DNA of 61,341 nt, counting the filler. It is 9 parts of 9 records of this genome, joined end to end, with 100 filler letters (N's around TTAATTAATTAA, not from the genome) between each part and the next. Parts side by side here need not be neighbours in the genome. Positions count along the whole stretch, not along the records: positions 6,946 to 11,837 come from SRR20825010_2720; positions 11,938 to 16,244 come from SRR20825010_2730; positions 16,345 to 27,555 come from SRR20825010_2736; 6 more parts are not named here. One strand, written 5' to 3'. Each line of letters opens with the position of its first letter. The stretch's first letter is position 1. Shown piece after piece: positions 8,659 to 19,142 of this stretch. Position numbers and translations under genes: made by a program. The notes below the pieces were generated by a model, which was not told where the DNA came from, made no database searches, and saw only the letters and a list, made by a program, of their open reading frames with translations.

Positions 8659-10353
8659 ATGACAATGTCTGAAATGACCGAAACGCCCGACACACTTCTG
8701 TTGGACGGGCTGGATGGCCTGTGCGAATCTGCACTTGGCGCAGCCGAATCATTCAAGCAGCAGGCGATCATGGCTGTCGCGGATATGACCCGGGGCAGCA
8801 ATGGCCGGATCAGCGCGGAGCTGGTTGAGGCTAACCAGTATGCGACTCATGGCCTTGCCTGGCTTGCAACCTATGTGGAGGCTTTGCGCGAAACCCTGAA
8901 CTGGTCACGTCATCTCACCGCCGAAGGTAAATATGGTGAGTTGGAACAACTCACCCTGCAGGCGGGCTTCGGCGAGTATCTGAGCCAGATCACCGGCGGT
9001 ATTCCCATGTCCCTTGGAGAGATTATTCGCCCGCAGGACCTCGGGCTGGATGATGCTGCGATCGCGAAATTCAAGACGCCAGATGTCGTGACCCTGATTG
9101 AGTCGGGCTATAGCGCGGTGGTTAAAGAAAGAATTGCTGAACTGGTTGCCGAGGGAATGGACACCGGCCATTTCGGTGATTCGGGACTGGATGAAACCTT
9201 CTCGATGATTCGTGACCAGTTTCGCCGCTTCGCAAACGAAGAGGTCATGCCCTACGCTCACGAGTGGCATCTGAAGGATGAATTGATCCCGATGCCGGTT
9301 GTGAACAAAATGTCGGAACTCGGTGTTTTCGGCCTGACGGTGCCGGAGAAATATGACGGTCTCGGCCTCGGCAAGATGTCCATGTGTGTCGTATCAGAGG
9401 AACTCTCTCGTGGGTATATCGGGGTGGGCTCGCTCGGCACGCGTTCCGAAATTGCGGCGGAGTTGATCCTGACCGGCGGCACGGAGGCGCAGAAGGATAA
9501 ATGGCTGTCGTCGATTGCGACGGGTGAGATACTGCCGACGGCGGTTTTCACGGAACCCAACACCGGTTCCGACCTTGCGTCGCTGAGGACCCGTGCGGTG
9601 AAGGACGGCGATATTTATAAGGTGACGGGCAACAAGACATGGATTACCCATGCGGCGCGCGCCGATGTTATGACCATGCTGGTGCGTACCAATCCGGATG
9701 AGCCGGGCTATAAAGGCCTTTCCATGTTCCTCGCGGAAAAACCGCATATGACCGAAGAGGAAGATTTTCCGGCGGAAGGTATGACCGGCGGCGAGATCGA
9801 GGTTCTCGGTTATCGCGGGATGAAGGAATATGAGCTTGGCTTTGATAACTTCGAAATCAAGGCGGAAAATCTTCTTGGTGAAGAAGAAGGCAACGGCTTC
9901 AAGCAGTTGATGCAGACGTTCGAAAGCGCCCGCATCCAGACGGCGGCCCGCGCGCTCGGTGTGGCGCAGAATGCCATGGAACTCGGCCTGCGCTATGCGC
10001 TGGATCGTGTTCAGTTTGCCCGCCCGATCATCAAGTTTCCGCGTGTTGCTGGCAAGCTTGCCTGGATGGCTGTGGAAATCATGATGGCGCGGCAGCTCAC
10101 CTATGCGTCCGCCCGTGCGAAGGACGAAGGTCGCCGCTGTGACCTGGAGGCAGGCATGGCCAAGCTTCTCGGTGCCCGCGTTGCCTGGAGCACGGCGGAC
10201 AACGCCCTTCAAATTCATGGCGGCAATGGTTTCGCCCTTGAATACCCGATCAGCCGGGTGCTGTGCGATGCGCGTATTCTTAATATATTCGAGGGTGCAG
10301 GTGAAATTCAGGCGCAGGTTATTGCCCGCCGCCTGCTGGAAGGCGCTAACTAA
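8659..10353 (+). CDS. mcd: (2S)-methylsuccinyl-CoA dehydrogenase
   Basis: Long acyl-CoA dehydrogenase with N-terminal HGLAWLATYVE extension, AVFTEPNTGSDL and RILNIFEGAGEIQ; follows ccr. Confidence 0.9.
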   Translation: MTMSEMTETPDTLLLDGLDGLCESALGAAESFKQQAIMAVADMTRGSNGRISAELVEANQYATHGLAWLATYVEALRETLNWSRHLTAEGKYGELEQLTLQAGFGEYLSQITGGIPMSLGEIIRPQDLGLDDAAIAKFKTPDVVTLIESGYSAVVKERIAELVAEGMDTGHFGDSGLDETFSMIRDQFRRFANEEVMPYAHEWHLKDELIPMPVVNKMSELGVFGLTVPEKYDGLGLGKMSMCVVSEELSRGYIGVGSLGTRSEIAAELILTGGTEAQKDKWLSSIATGEILPTAVFTEPNTGSDLASLRTRAVKDGDIYKVTGNKTWITHAARADVMTMLVRTNPDEPGYKGLSMFLAEKPHMTEEEDFPAEGMTGGEIEVLGYRGMKEYELGFDNFEIKAENLLGEEEGNGFKQLMQTFESARIQTAARALGVAQNAMELGLRYALDRVQFARPIIKFPRVAGKLAWMAVEIMMARQLTYASARAKDEGRRCDLEAGMAKLLGARVAWSTADNALQIHGGNGFALEYPISRVLCDARILNIFEGAGEIQAQVIARRLLEGAN

Positions 10354-10368
10354 CGAAAGTCATGAAAG

Positions 10369-10794
10369 ATGGAGCAGCGGATTTCGCTTGTCACGCTGGG
10401 CGTTAAAGATCTCCCACGGAGCACCGCTTTCTTTGAGGCCCTCGGCTGGAAGCGTTCTGTAAAGAACGCTCCCGGCGTTTCCTTCTTTCAATGCGGTTCC
10501 ATGGCCTTTGGCCTTTTCCCTCGCAACGAGCTTGCAAAAGATGCGGGCGTCCCTGATGACGGTTCCGGGTTCGAGGGATTTTCCATTGCTTATAACACCC
10601 GGAGCAAAGACGAGGTCGATCAGGTCCTGAAGAAGGTCCAATCCCTTGGGGCAAAAATTGTTAAACCGGCAGAAGAAGTCTTTTGGGGCGGTTATTCGGG
10701 TTATTTCCGTGACCTTGACGGTCATCTTTGGGAAGTGGCTTGGAACCCGGGATTTGAAATAGATGAGTCGGGTGCCGTTAAGCTCCCCGACTGA
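10369..10794 (+). CDS. VOC/glyoxalase family protein
   Basis: RISLVTLGVKDL...FWGGYSGYFRDLDGHLWEVAWNP. Confidence 0.9.
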   Translation: MEQRISLVTLGVKDLPRSTAFFEALGWKRSVKNAPGVSFFQCGSMAFGLFPRNELAKDAGVPDDGSGFEGFSIAYNTRSKDEVDQVLKKVQSLGAKIVKPAEEVFWGGYSGYFRDLDGHLWEVAWNPGFEIDESGAVKLPD

Positions 10795-10810
10795 TCATTT
10801 TTAATCCTGC

Positions 10811-11641
10811 CTAGCGTTTTTCCATATCAGCAGTGAATTCAAAGCCGAGGACGGCGGCGATGGTTGCGCCAAACAGAACGATCCCCCAACTGACGTAAAG
10901 CCAGATCAGAAAGAGCGGGATAGCCGCCATGGCGCCATAGACGACCTCATAGGACGGGAAGAATTCCAGATAAAGCTTGAACATAAATTTTCCAAACAGG
11001 AAAAGGGCCGTCGCAATGCCCGCGCCGATGGCGGCATGGCGCCACTTCACATCACAGGCCGGGACGATGCGAAACAGGACAAAAAGTATGACAAAGGGCA
11101 GCAGCATGGGCATTACCGCGCTGAGCAGGGAATAGGCTCCTTTCACCTCAAAGCCCGTCGCTTCCTCGCTGATATCTATCACCCAGTTTACCAAGGTCAG
11201 GCTGGTGCCGACGGCAATCGGCCCGATCAGTGTTATCACGATATAGGTGATCAGCCGCTTAAACGGATTGCGTGTCGCCGCTACTTGCCAGATCTGGCTG
11301 AAAATCTCTTCGATGCTGGACATCAACATAAGCGCGGTAATTGCGATACCCGCAAGACCGAAATAGGTTAGCTGACTCGCATTGACGGCAAAGTCATTCA
11401 GGGCAGCATCAACAGTTGATATTTTGGACGGAAGTAGATTGTCGAATAAAAGCGTGGTGAGCTTTTGTTTCAAATGGGTGAATGCTGGAATGGCGGTAAA
11501 GAGGGCAAACACCACCGCTGCCAGCGGGACAATCGCCAGCAGGGTTTGATAGCTGAGCGCGGTCGCCATACGCAGGCAATGCTGCTCCTTGAAATGCCGC
11601 CAGATGCGGCCCAGAAGAGCGACAATGAATAAATTTTGCAA
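10811..11641 (-). CDS. YihY/BrkB family inner membrane protein
   Basis: ALSYQTLLAIVP and YGAMAAIPLFLIWLYVSW motifs; TTG start with GAGGAGG RBS. Confidence 0.9.
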   Translation of the reverse strand: MQNLFIVALLGRIWRHFKEQHCLRMATALSYQTLLAIVPLAAVVFALFTAIPAFTHLKQKLTTLLFDNLLPSKISTVDAALNDFAVNASQLTYFGLAGIAITALMLMSSIEEIFSQIWQVAATRNPFKRLITYIVITLIGPIAVGTSLTLVNWVIDISEEATGFEVKGAYSLLSAVMPMLLPFVILFVLFRIVPACDVKWRHAAIGAGIATALFLFGKFMFKLYLEFFPSYEVVYGAMAAIPLFLIWLYVSWGIVLFGATIAAVLGFEFTADMEKR

Positions 11642-11663
11642 CTCGCCTCCTCAGTCGGACGTT

Positions 11664-11837
11664 CTAATCTGGAAACTTTGTGACCGCAAGCTCACCGCCA
11701 ACTCCCCAATCCTCCTTGGAGATATCACTGATGACCACATGGACGCTTCCCTCACTACAACCGGTGATGCGCGCCATTTCCGTGGTCAGTGATTTGACCA
11801 GCTCCTGCTTGGTTTCCCGGTCCCGTCCTTCGAACAT
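11664..11837 (-). CDS. 4-oxalocrotonate tautomerase family protein (5' truncated; absent from ORF track)
   Basis: Manual translation: MFEGRDRETKQELVKSLTTEMARITGCSEGSVHVVISDISKEDWGVGGELAVTKFPD*. Matches the EGR..E.K..L / V.V.I.D....W..GG pattern. Confidence 0.85.
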   Translation of the reverse strand: MFEGRDRETKQELVKSLTTEMARITGCSEGSVHVVISDISKEDWGVGGELAVTKFPD

Positions 11838-11937
11838 NNNNNNNNNNNNNNNNNNNNNNNNNNNNNNNNNNNNNNNNNNNNTTAATTAATTAANNNNNNN
11901 NNNNNNNNNNNNNNNNNNNNNNNNNNNNNNNNNNNNN
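11838..11937. other. Artificial contig linker
   Basis: N44-TTAATTAATTAA-N44. Confidence 0.98.
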
Positions 11938-11938
11938 C

Positions 11939-12058
11939 GAGATCACCGCCGTGATGATCACCCGCAAGGGCGTGCCGCGCTCCCGGCTGCTGCATGCCTT
12001 CATCTCGGAAATGAAACAGGCGCTCGCCGATTTCCAAATCGCCGCCACCACGTCGTGA
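11939..12058 (+). CDS. C-terminal fragment, possibly a LysR-family regulator
   Basis: EITAVMITRKGVPRSRLLHAFISEMKQAL...* resembles LysR C-termini; short. Confidence 0.4.
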   Translation, partial: EITAVMITRKGVPRSRLLHAFISEMKQALADFQIAATTS

Positions 12059-12069
12059 GGCTTGCCGTC

Positions 12070-12804
12070 TCAAAGCACGAGCAGGGATTCATCATCCGCA
12101 ATCAGGGCGCGGAGCAGGCCCTTGCGGGTGTTTTCAGTGTGCTGGATGATCGCTTCCCGGGTCGCGTCGCCGTCACGGGCGCGAAGCCCGGCGACGATGC
12201 GGGCATGGTCGGCAGAGGTTTCCGGATTCACGTCGCGGATTGTCGCACCCATGTGGAAGAGCCGTGTGGATTCCTCCAGATACGAGCCGATCAGCGTGGC
12301 GAGCCGGGGTACGCGGGCGCCCTCGGCAATCGCGGCATGGAAATCATTGTTGGCCTTGATGAAGGCCGCAATCGTCGGCTCCTCGTCCGGCACATATTGC
12401 GCGTCCGAGAGCGCCTCGATCCGGTCGAGCTCCTCTTCGGTGAGGCGAACGGCCGCAAGCTCTCCGGCAACGCCTTCGAGCGCCTTGCGCACCGTGAACA
12501 CGTCGTTGACGCTTTTTACGGTCACCGCCGTCACCCGATAGCCGCGCCTGGGAAAAGCCTCGACCAGCCCTTCGAGGGTCAGACGCGCCAGCGCCTCGCG
12601 CACCGGCGTCTTGCTCATCGCCAGCCTTTCGGCCAGTTCCTGTTCGCCGATTTCCGCCCCCGGTTGCAACCGGCAGGTGATGATTTCGGCGCGCAGCAGC
12701 TCATAGGCCTGCGCCGTGAGCGACCTCGACTTGTCCTGCTGCGAGCCGTTCTTGCGAACGCTCGCCTTCGTCTCGCTCTTGCCGCGCGTCATTGCCACCC
12801 CCAT
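12070..12804 (-). CDS. GntR/FCD family transcriptional regulator
   Basis: AYELLRAEII...LAERLAMSKTPVREAL wHTH; NNDFHAAI and DHARIV FCD motifs; ATG overlaps the upstream TAA. Confidence 0.92.
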   Translation of the reverse strand: MGVAMTRGKSETKASVRKNGSQQDKSRSLTAQAYELLRAEIITCRLQPGAEIGEQELAERLAMSKTPVREALARLTLEGLVEAFPRRGYRVTAVTVKSVNDVFTVRKALEGVAGELAAVRLTEEELDRIEALSDAQYVPDEEPTIAAFIKANNDFHAAIAEGARVPRLATLIGSYLEESTRLFHMGATIRDVNPETSADHARIVAGLRARDGDATREAIIQHTENTRKGLLRALIADDESLLVL

Positions 12805-13952
12805 TAACTCTCTTCCAGCGCCTTTGCCATACGCGCAAGCGCTTCGGCAAGGGTCTCTTTTGCACATGCGAAATTCAGACGGACCCAGTTTTCAAGGCCC
12901 GGACCGAAATCCGTCCCGCTGCTGACGCCTATGCGGGCATGGCTGAGGAGCCAATCCGCCGCTGGCTCATCGAGTGCATAACCGGAAAGATCGATCCATG
13001 CGAGAAAGCTCGCCTCGGCCGGCAACACCTTCGCCTTCGGCAGTGTGTCGACAACAAAGGATTGCAACATATCGCGGTTTTCCGCAATCGTCGCCCTGAC
13101 TGCACTCCGCCAGTCGCCGCCGTCGCGATAGCCGGCCTCCATGGCGGCAAGCCCGAGTATGTTGACGCTGTCGACGAGCCCCTTTTTCGCGCCCGTGAAG
13201 GCGTTACGGAGCGTTTCATCGGCAATCACGGCAAACGCGGCCTTGAGCCCGGCGATGTTCCAGGTCTTGCTCGCCGCCATCAGAGTGATCGTTCGAGCCT
13301 CGATCGCTTTCGACAGCGATGCGACAGGAACGTGGTCGCGGCCATCAAGCGTCAGACCGCAATGGATCTCGTCCGACACCAGGGTCATGTCGTGCCGGAC
13401 GCAGAGCTCGGCCCTGAATGCCAGTTCGGCGCGGGTATAGACGCGCCCGGTCGGGTTCTGCGGATTGCAGATGAGCATCAGTTTAGAGCGCGCGGCGGCC
13501 TCTTCGAGGGCGGTGGCATCCGATGTCCAGCGCCCGTCGGCGGAAGGGCCCTGCCAGACGGCAGCGGTCTTCAGCCCCCATGTGTCTGGCGCGGTGCGCA
13601 GCGGTTTATAAACCGGATATTCCTGCATCACCGTATCGCCGGGGGAGGTAAAGGCGTTGAGCGCCATGTTGAAGCCGGGTTCGACGCCCGGCAGGAACAC
13701 CAGCCATTCTGGCTCGATCAACCAGTCATATTCGGCTGCAAGCGCCGCAACCAGTGTTTCGCGCAGACTGTCGGTCGCAGCCCCATAGCCGAGTACGGGG
13801 TGGGCGAGGCGTTTCTCGATGGCGGCGATGATGGGGGCTGCCACCGCGAAATCCATATCGGCGACCGGCAACGGAATGACGTCGGGCCCGAAGGCCCGCC
13901 ACTTGTTGGCATCGCTGCCGCGCCGGTCGACAGAGACGATCGCGGTCATCAC
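12804..13952 (-). CDS. MalY/PatB family PLP-dependent C-S lyase/aminotransferase
   Basis: PLPVADMDF, CNPQNPTG, SDEIH, ASKTWNIAGL, RLNFA. Confidence 0.92.
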   Translation of the reverse strand: MMTAIVSVDRRGSDANKWRAFGPDVIPLPVADMDFAVAAPIIAAIEKRLAHPVLGYGAATDSLRETLVAALAAEYDWLIEPEWLVFLPGVEPGFNMALNAFTSPGDTVMQEYPVYKPLRTAPDTWGLKTAAVWQGPSADGRWTSDATALEEAAARSKLMLICNPQNPTGRVYTRAELAFRAELCVRHDMTLVSDEIHCGLTLDGRDHVPVASLSKAIEARTITLMAASKTWNIAGLKAAFAVIADETLRNAFTGAKKGLVDSVNILGLAAMEAGYRDGGDWRSAVRATIAENRDMLQSFVVDTLPKAKVLPAEASFLAWIDLSGYALDEPAADWLLSHARIGVSSGTDFGPGLENWVRLNFACAKETLAEALARMAKALEES

Positions 13953-14719
13953 AGACTCCGTATCATGCCGCCATCGGCGCGGATCATCGAGCCGGTGATA
14001 AAGCTTGCCTGCTCGGAAGCGAGGAAGGCGACAATGGCTGCGAATTCCTCCGGCCGGCCGTAGCGGCCTGCGGGAATGGTCTTTCGGGAAGCTTCGCGCA
14101 CGGCGTCCACGCTTTCGCCGGTCTTTGCGGCCTTGCCCGCGTCAAGTTCGGCCACGCGATCCGTGGCAATGCGACCCGGCAGCACCATGTTGACGGTGAT
14201 ACCTTTCTCGGCGACTTCACCCGCAAGCGTCTTCGACCAGCCGGCCATGGCGCCGCGCACGCCGTTCGACAGCGCCAGATTGGGGATCGGCACCTCGATG
14301 CCGGAGGAGCCGATGGTGATGACGCGGCCCCAGCCCTTGTCGCTCATGCCGGCAAGGGCAGCATCCGTCAGTTCGAATACCGGTATCGCCATGGCGGCGA
14401 ATGCGGCCTGCCAAGCGGCGGCGGACTGGCCACGTGCAGGTCCCGCTTTCGGGCCGCCGCAATTGTTGACGAGGACATCGACCGGCTCTCTGGCAAGCCG
14501 CTCCTTCATGGCCGCGACCGACTGCGGGTCTTCGAGATCGAGCGTAACTGCCTTTACCCGCGAAGCAATCTCTGGAGAAAGCCCCTCAGGCAGGGCGCCG
14601 GAGCGCGAGGCGGCCAGCACAGTCGCGCCTTCTTCGGCCAGCAGAGCGGCGGAGGCGGCTCCGAGGCCGCGGCTTGCGCCGAGAACCAGCGCGCGTTTTC
14701 CGGAAAGCTTGAAATCCAT
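13949..14719 (-). CDS. SDR family oxidoreductase
   Basis: GASRGLG, VNNCGGP, LSNGVR (atypical active site), PGRIATDR, DGG. Confidence 0.9.
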   Translation of the reverse strand: MDFKLSGKRALVLGASRGLGAASAALLAEEGATVLAASRSGALPEGLSPEIASRVKAVTLDLEDPQSVAAMKERLAREPVDVLVNNCGGPKAGPARGQSAAAWQAAFAAMAIPVFELTDAALAGMSDKGWGRVITIGSSGIEVPIPNLALSNGVRGAMAGWSKTLAGEVAEKGITVNMVLPGRIATDRVAELDAGKAAKTGESVDAVREASRKTIPAGRYGRPEEFAAIVAFLASEQASFITGSMIRADGGMIRSL

Positions 14720-15645
14720 CAGCCGAGTTCCTTCAGTCTTCTTGTCTGTCGTTCGATCAGGCGTTCAACCTCGGCAATCGCGGCCGGCGCCAGCCCAGCG
14801 CCGGGCTTGCGCTGCGCCGCCGAGGCAATCGCGCCGCGTTTTGCGAGTGTATACTTGCGCACGGCAAGGCCGAGGCCGGGCTGCTGCTCGTAGCGCACCA
14901 GCGGCAAATAGGCGTCGAAGATATCCTGCGCGCGATCCATGTTTCCGGCTACCGCAAGGGCGACAACTTCGGACATCATTTCCGGATAGCCGAAGCCGGT
15001 CATCGCGCCATCGGCACCGCGGCCCATTTCCTCAGGCAGGAACACGCCGCCATTGCCACAGAGGATCGAGATCCGGCGGCGGCCCTTGCTTTCTGCATCG
15101 CGCAGCGCGGAAATCTTGGCAAGGCCCGGCCAGTCCTCGTGCTTCAGCATGACGATCTGGTCGTTTTCCTCGATGATCCGGCCGAGAACCGGAACCGAGA
15201 TATGCACGCCCGTCGACAGCGGGAAATCCTGCAGCACGACCGGTACGCCATCGCCGGCGGCAGCGCAGGCCTGGCCGTAATAGGTCGCGATCTGCTCGTC
15301 GGTCCTAAGGCTTCCGGGCGGGGCGATCATGACGCCTGCAGCGCCCATATCCATCACCGCCTTCGAAAGCTCGGAAATCGCGGCAAGCCCCGGTGCCGAG
15401 ACGCCGGCGACGACCGGCGTGCCCGCGGCGCGCCTGATGACGCGCGCGACGATCTCGCGCGCTTCCGCCTGCGTCAACTTCGGTGCCTCGCCCATCATGC
15501 CAAGCACGGTGATGCCGGTAGCGCCCTTTTCGAGATAGAAGTCGGTGACGCGGTCGAGGCTTTCGAAATCGACGTCGCCATTGTCGTGAAACGGGGTGAC
15601 CGAGATCACGTAGACGCCCTTGGCGTCGTTGGTCAGAAGGCTCAT
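14719..15645 (-). CDS. DHDPS/NAL-family aldolase or dehydratase (2-keto-3-deoxy-acid dehydratase-like)
   Basis: TPF...LGMMGEA, VVLQDFP in place of the DHDPS YN, Schiff-base Lys in LKHE, GAMTG. Confidence 0.85.
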   Translation of the reverse strand: MSLLTNDAKGVYVISVTPFHDNGDVDFESLDRVTDFYLEKGATGITVLGMMGEAPKLTQAEAREIVARVIRRAAGTPVVAGVSAPGLAAISELSKAVMDMGAAGVMIAPPGSLRTDEQIATYYGQACAAAGDGVPVVLQDFPLSTGVHISVPVLGRIIEENDQIVMLKHEDWPGLAKISALRDAESKGRRRISILCGNGGVFLPEEMGRGADGAMTGFGYPEMMSEVVALAVAGNMDRAQDIFDAYLPLVRYEQQPGLGLAVRKYTLAKRGAIASAAQRKPGAGLAPAAIAEVERLIERQTRRLKELG

Positions 15646-15656
15646 GTCCCTTGTCC

Positions 15657-16244
15657 TCAGTTGCCGAACCAGCAATCGGCACCACGGGCGACATAGCGCC
15701 CCGAGCCCTGCCGGCCGGTGATGGTGTTGCCGTCAAAGCCGCATTCGCCACGCAGATACGTGGCAGAGACCCGGACCGTGAACGTGTCGCCATGGAAGGG
15801 CGACCAGTTCAGACCGTCATGGGCGCGGGCCTCGTCCCAGATGAAGGCGCCCTGTTCCAGCACCGCGAAATCCGCATCCAGACCGACCCGGATCGCGCCC
15901 TTGCGGTCGGCAAGGCCGAAGAATGTTGCCGGGCGTTCGGAAAGCTGCTCGGCCGCGAGCATGGCGGCATCGAGCCCGCGCGCTTCAGCGGCGGTGAAGA
16001 AGGCGGGCAGCAGCGTTTCGAGCCCCGGAACGCCGGCGCCGGCATCGAAGATCGATTCCGTCAGCTTGCCGTCGATCGGCCAGCTCGAATGATCCGACGA
16101 GGTGAAGGCTACAAGGCCGTCCACGATCGCATCCCAGAGATTGTCGGCCTCGCCGGGACGGATCGGCGGATTGACCTTCATGCGCGGGCCGAGCCGCTGG
16201 CCATCGCGGGCGGCATCGAACCAGAGATAATGCACGCAGGTCTC
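15657..16244 (-). CDS. Cyclic amidohydrolase (allantoinase/dihydroorotase family), 5' truncated
   Basis: KVNPPIR, SSDHS, GVPGLET, KGAIRVGLDADF, WSPFHG...TYLRG. Confidence 0.88.
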   Translation of the reverse strand, partial: ETCVHYLWFDAARDGQRLGPRMKVNPPIRPGEADNLWDAIVDGLVAFTSSDHSSWPIDGKLTESIFDAGAGVPGLETLLPAFFTAAEARGLDAAMLAAEQLSERPATFFGLADRKGAIRVGLDADFAVLEQGAFIWDEARAHDGLNWSPFHGDTFTVRVSATYLRGECGFDGNTITGRQGSGRYVARGADCWFGN

Positions 16245-16344
16245 NNNNNNNNNNNNNNNNNNNNNNNNNNNNNNNNNNNNNNNNNNNNTTAATTAATTAA
16301 NNNNNNNNNNNNNNNNNNNNNNNNNNNNNNNNNNNNNNNNNNNN
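16245..16344. other. Artificial contig linker
   Basis: N44-TTAATTAATTAA-N44. Confidence 0.98.
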
Positions 16345-17541
16345 ATAGGTGCTTAAATGGTTTTCTATGGATTGGTTGTCCCCAATATCCGTCAGGACAT
16401 TGTCGAACAAACATACTTTAGACCTCTCATGAACCGGAATAAGTAAGCCGCTTTGGAGCATTACCTGTAAAAGACCAATTGTTTTGAGGGTAATACTTTT
16501 TCCCCCGGCATTGGGTCCAGAAATCACTATAATTCTGTTTTCTGGATGCAGGGCAATTGTTTGAGGGTATGTTTTTTCCTTTTTGTACTTATTGCTCAAA
16601 AACAATAAGGGGTGGTAGGCATCCCTTAGATAAAGCTCTCTATTGTCACTAATTTCTGGCAGCAGGGCATCCATTTCCAGAGCATATTTTGCCTTGGAGG
16701 CCGTTATGTCCATATGCACCAAAAAATCTTGGTAAGCATATAATTCAGGTGCAAAAGGACGTATACGATTGGTTAAGTCGTTCAATATTTTTTGTATCTC
16801 CTCCCGTTCCTCGAATTCCAGGTTACCGAGTTCCCTACTGTACCTAAGGGTAGCCTCCGGTTCAATATAGACGATACTTCCTGTCTTGGAAGTTCCCATT
16901 ACGGCACCCTTTACTTTTTTTCGATACATGCTCTTTACGGCTAGCACACGCCTATTATCTACAACGGATTCCCTTATTTCATCCAAAAGTTCGGAAGCGT
17001 GGTAGGTATTCAGGGCCGTGGCAAAACTTTGATTTATTTTGCCCTTCACCACAACCATTTGGGAACGGATATTTTGAAGGTTGTTGGATGCATTATCCTT
17101 TATTTCCCCAAATTTATCAATGACAGCCTCTATATTTCGAGGAATTTCAGTGTTAAGGGTAATACCATCGGAAACAGCAAATAGTAGGGGATAGTACTCC
17201 TTAAATTTTATAAAGAACTTAATATGCGTTGCTACAGTTGTACAAATGGAACCAATTTTCTTGAACCCACCTACTTCCAAGGTGGTATTCTCAATTTTAA
17301 GGAGTTTCAACTCCGGATTTATGGTATCAAAGTTATGATTGGGAATCCTATTGTCGTTGGAGTAGGAGGCCAAATACTCCGATGTTTGTCCCAAAACGTC
17401 CAATAATTCGGATTTGATAGATATTGGTTCCAAATTGGCCACCTGTTCCTTACCTAGCTCTGTAGTGCAACGGGCAGCCAATTGCAGTAGGACGGTATTA
17501 AACTCGAGATCTTGAAGCGTTTTTGAACTTATTTTATTCAT
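16345..17541 (-). CDS. mutS2: Endonuclease MutS2 family protein (3' truncated)
   Basis: LQDLEF, SKTGSIVYIEP, AYHPLL, ISGPNAGGKS, DIGDNQSIENHLSTY. Confidence 0.92.
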
Positions 17542-17578
17542 TTATGCAATTTTCCTTTCTATAAGGTTTTATAACCTT

Positions 17579-17586
17579 CAAAGGTA
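17579..17586 (-). promoter_or_regulatory. Bacteroidetes -7 promoter element
   Basis: TACCTTTG (TAnnTTTG) upstream of mutS2. Confidence 0.55.
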
Positions 17587-17783
17587 AGGAATAGGTGCAA
17601 TATGGGAAGACTGTAAATACATGTATTTGTTGCCCTGCCATACCTTTTTTTGGCCCAAAGACCTGCCCAAGGGTCATAAAAGAAGAGGAATATTGGTTCC
17701 TAGAACAATATTTTTGGCACAGTATATGTTTTATAGCTAGGCTATTACTTTAGTTTTATTTAATAACCATTTAAAACCACCAG

Positions 17784-18833
17784 ATGAAAAACCATAAATT
17801 AATACTAGGATATATTGGTATTGGCATTTTGTTAATGTCCTGCAGTGCCACCAATAATTTAACGATGGGTGCCACAGAACCTGCTATAGTGCATCTTCCA
17901 AAAGATATACAGAGAATAGGTATTATTAATAGAAGTTTACCTTCCGAAGGCAATAAACAAATTGACAAAATAGACCAGATATTGTCCGCCGAAGGTTTAA
18001 ATCTTGATAAAAAAGGGGCTGAAGTTGCCATTAACGCCCTATCGGATAAATTAGCCGGTACAGGAAGATTTGAAGAAATCCTTATTTTGGACAACGCAAC
18101 GGAAATAAGAAAAGGACTGGATGTCTTTCCCGCCAGTTTGTCCTGGGAGATTATCGAGCAGATTTGTGAGGCCAATGGTGTTGATGCCATTTTTTCCTTG
18201 GCTTTTTACGACACGGACACGCAGGTGTCCTATAAACCATCCTTAATGCAACTTCCCAACAGTTTAGGAGTTAAGGTGTCGGTTCCGGCCCATGAAGTCA
18301 CTCTGAACACCCTTATAAAAAATGGATGGCGAATCTATAACCCACGTACAAGGCAAATTGTGGACGAATTTATGTACACCGATCACTTGGTATCCTCAGG
18401 GCGAGGTATTAATCCGGTTAAGGCAATCGAAGCCGTAGCCAGAAGAAATGAGGCCGTTGAGGAATTGAGCAAAAATATTGGATATGCCTATGGATCTAGG
18501 CTTTCCCCATATAGACATAGAATCAGTAGGGATTACTTTGTTCGTGGATCCGACAATTTTGTAGTGGCCAAAAGAAGGGCGCAAACCGGAGATTGGCAGG
18601 GTGCGGCACAACTTTGGGAAAAGGAGCTGGACAATTCCAAGTCGAAAATTGCAGGAAGGGCCTGTTACAATATGGCGATAATAAATGAGATCAACGGAGA
18701 TTTGAATGCCGCCATGGATTGGGCTTCAAAGTCTTATGCCGATTATGACAATAAGGAGGCCCTCAGATATTTGAATATTCTCAAATACCGATTATCTCAA
18801 AATGAAGTCTTGGAGCAACAAGCTTCCCGATAA
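17784..18833 (+). CDS. DUF6340-like lipoprotein with C-terminal TPR-like helices, copy 1
   Basis: Lipobox LLMSC; RIGIINRS; GDWQGAAQLW...ACYNMA. Confidence 0.8.
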   Translation: MKNHKLILGYIGIGILLMSCSATNNLTMGATEPAIVHLPKDIQRIGIINRSLPSEGNKQIDKIDQILSAEGLNLDKKGAEVAINALSDKLAGTGRFEEILILDNATEIRKGLDVFPASLSWEIIEQICEANGVDAIFSLAFYDTDTQVSYKPSLMQLPNSLGVKVSVPAHEVTLNTLIKNGWRIYNPRTRQIVDEFMYTDHLVSSGRGINPVKAIEAVARRNEAVEELSKNIGYAYGSRLSPYRHRISRDYFVRGSDNFVVAKRRAQTGDWQGAAQLWEKELDNSKSKIAGRACYNMAIINEINGDLNAAMDWASKSYADYDNKEALRYLNILKYRLSQNEVLEQQASR

Positions 18834-18880
18834 AAATATGGCTCTTTTATAAGGCACATTTTCTTGGAAAATAACAACAG

Positions 18881-18920
18881 AAAGTCCGTTGTCCATAAAA
18901 TTGGAACCGGACTTTTTTTT
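18881..18920 (+). terminator. Rho-independent terminator
   Basis: Imperfect hairpin AAAGTCCG...CGGACTTT followed by a T run. Confidence 0.6.
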
Positions 18921-19142
18921 GGTTAAATGTATACTCTTTCAATTATACCATGTCTCCGTTATGCTTCTAAAATTGTACAAAAAACGCCGTTAAGATGATA
19001 TTTTTTCAAAAATAAGAAGCAATCAGCCCTAAAATTGAATGGTTTAGGGGTAAATGGACAATATTTTCACTATAAAATGAGTTTTACAAAGGTTATGATA
19101 TTACGTCTAATTTTTTCTAAGCTTGAATTTAATTTACAAAGC

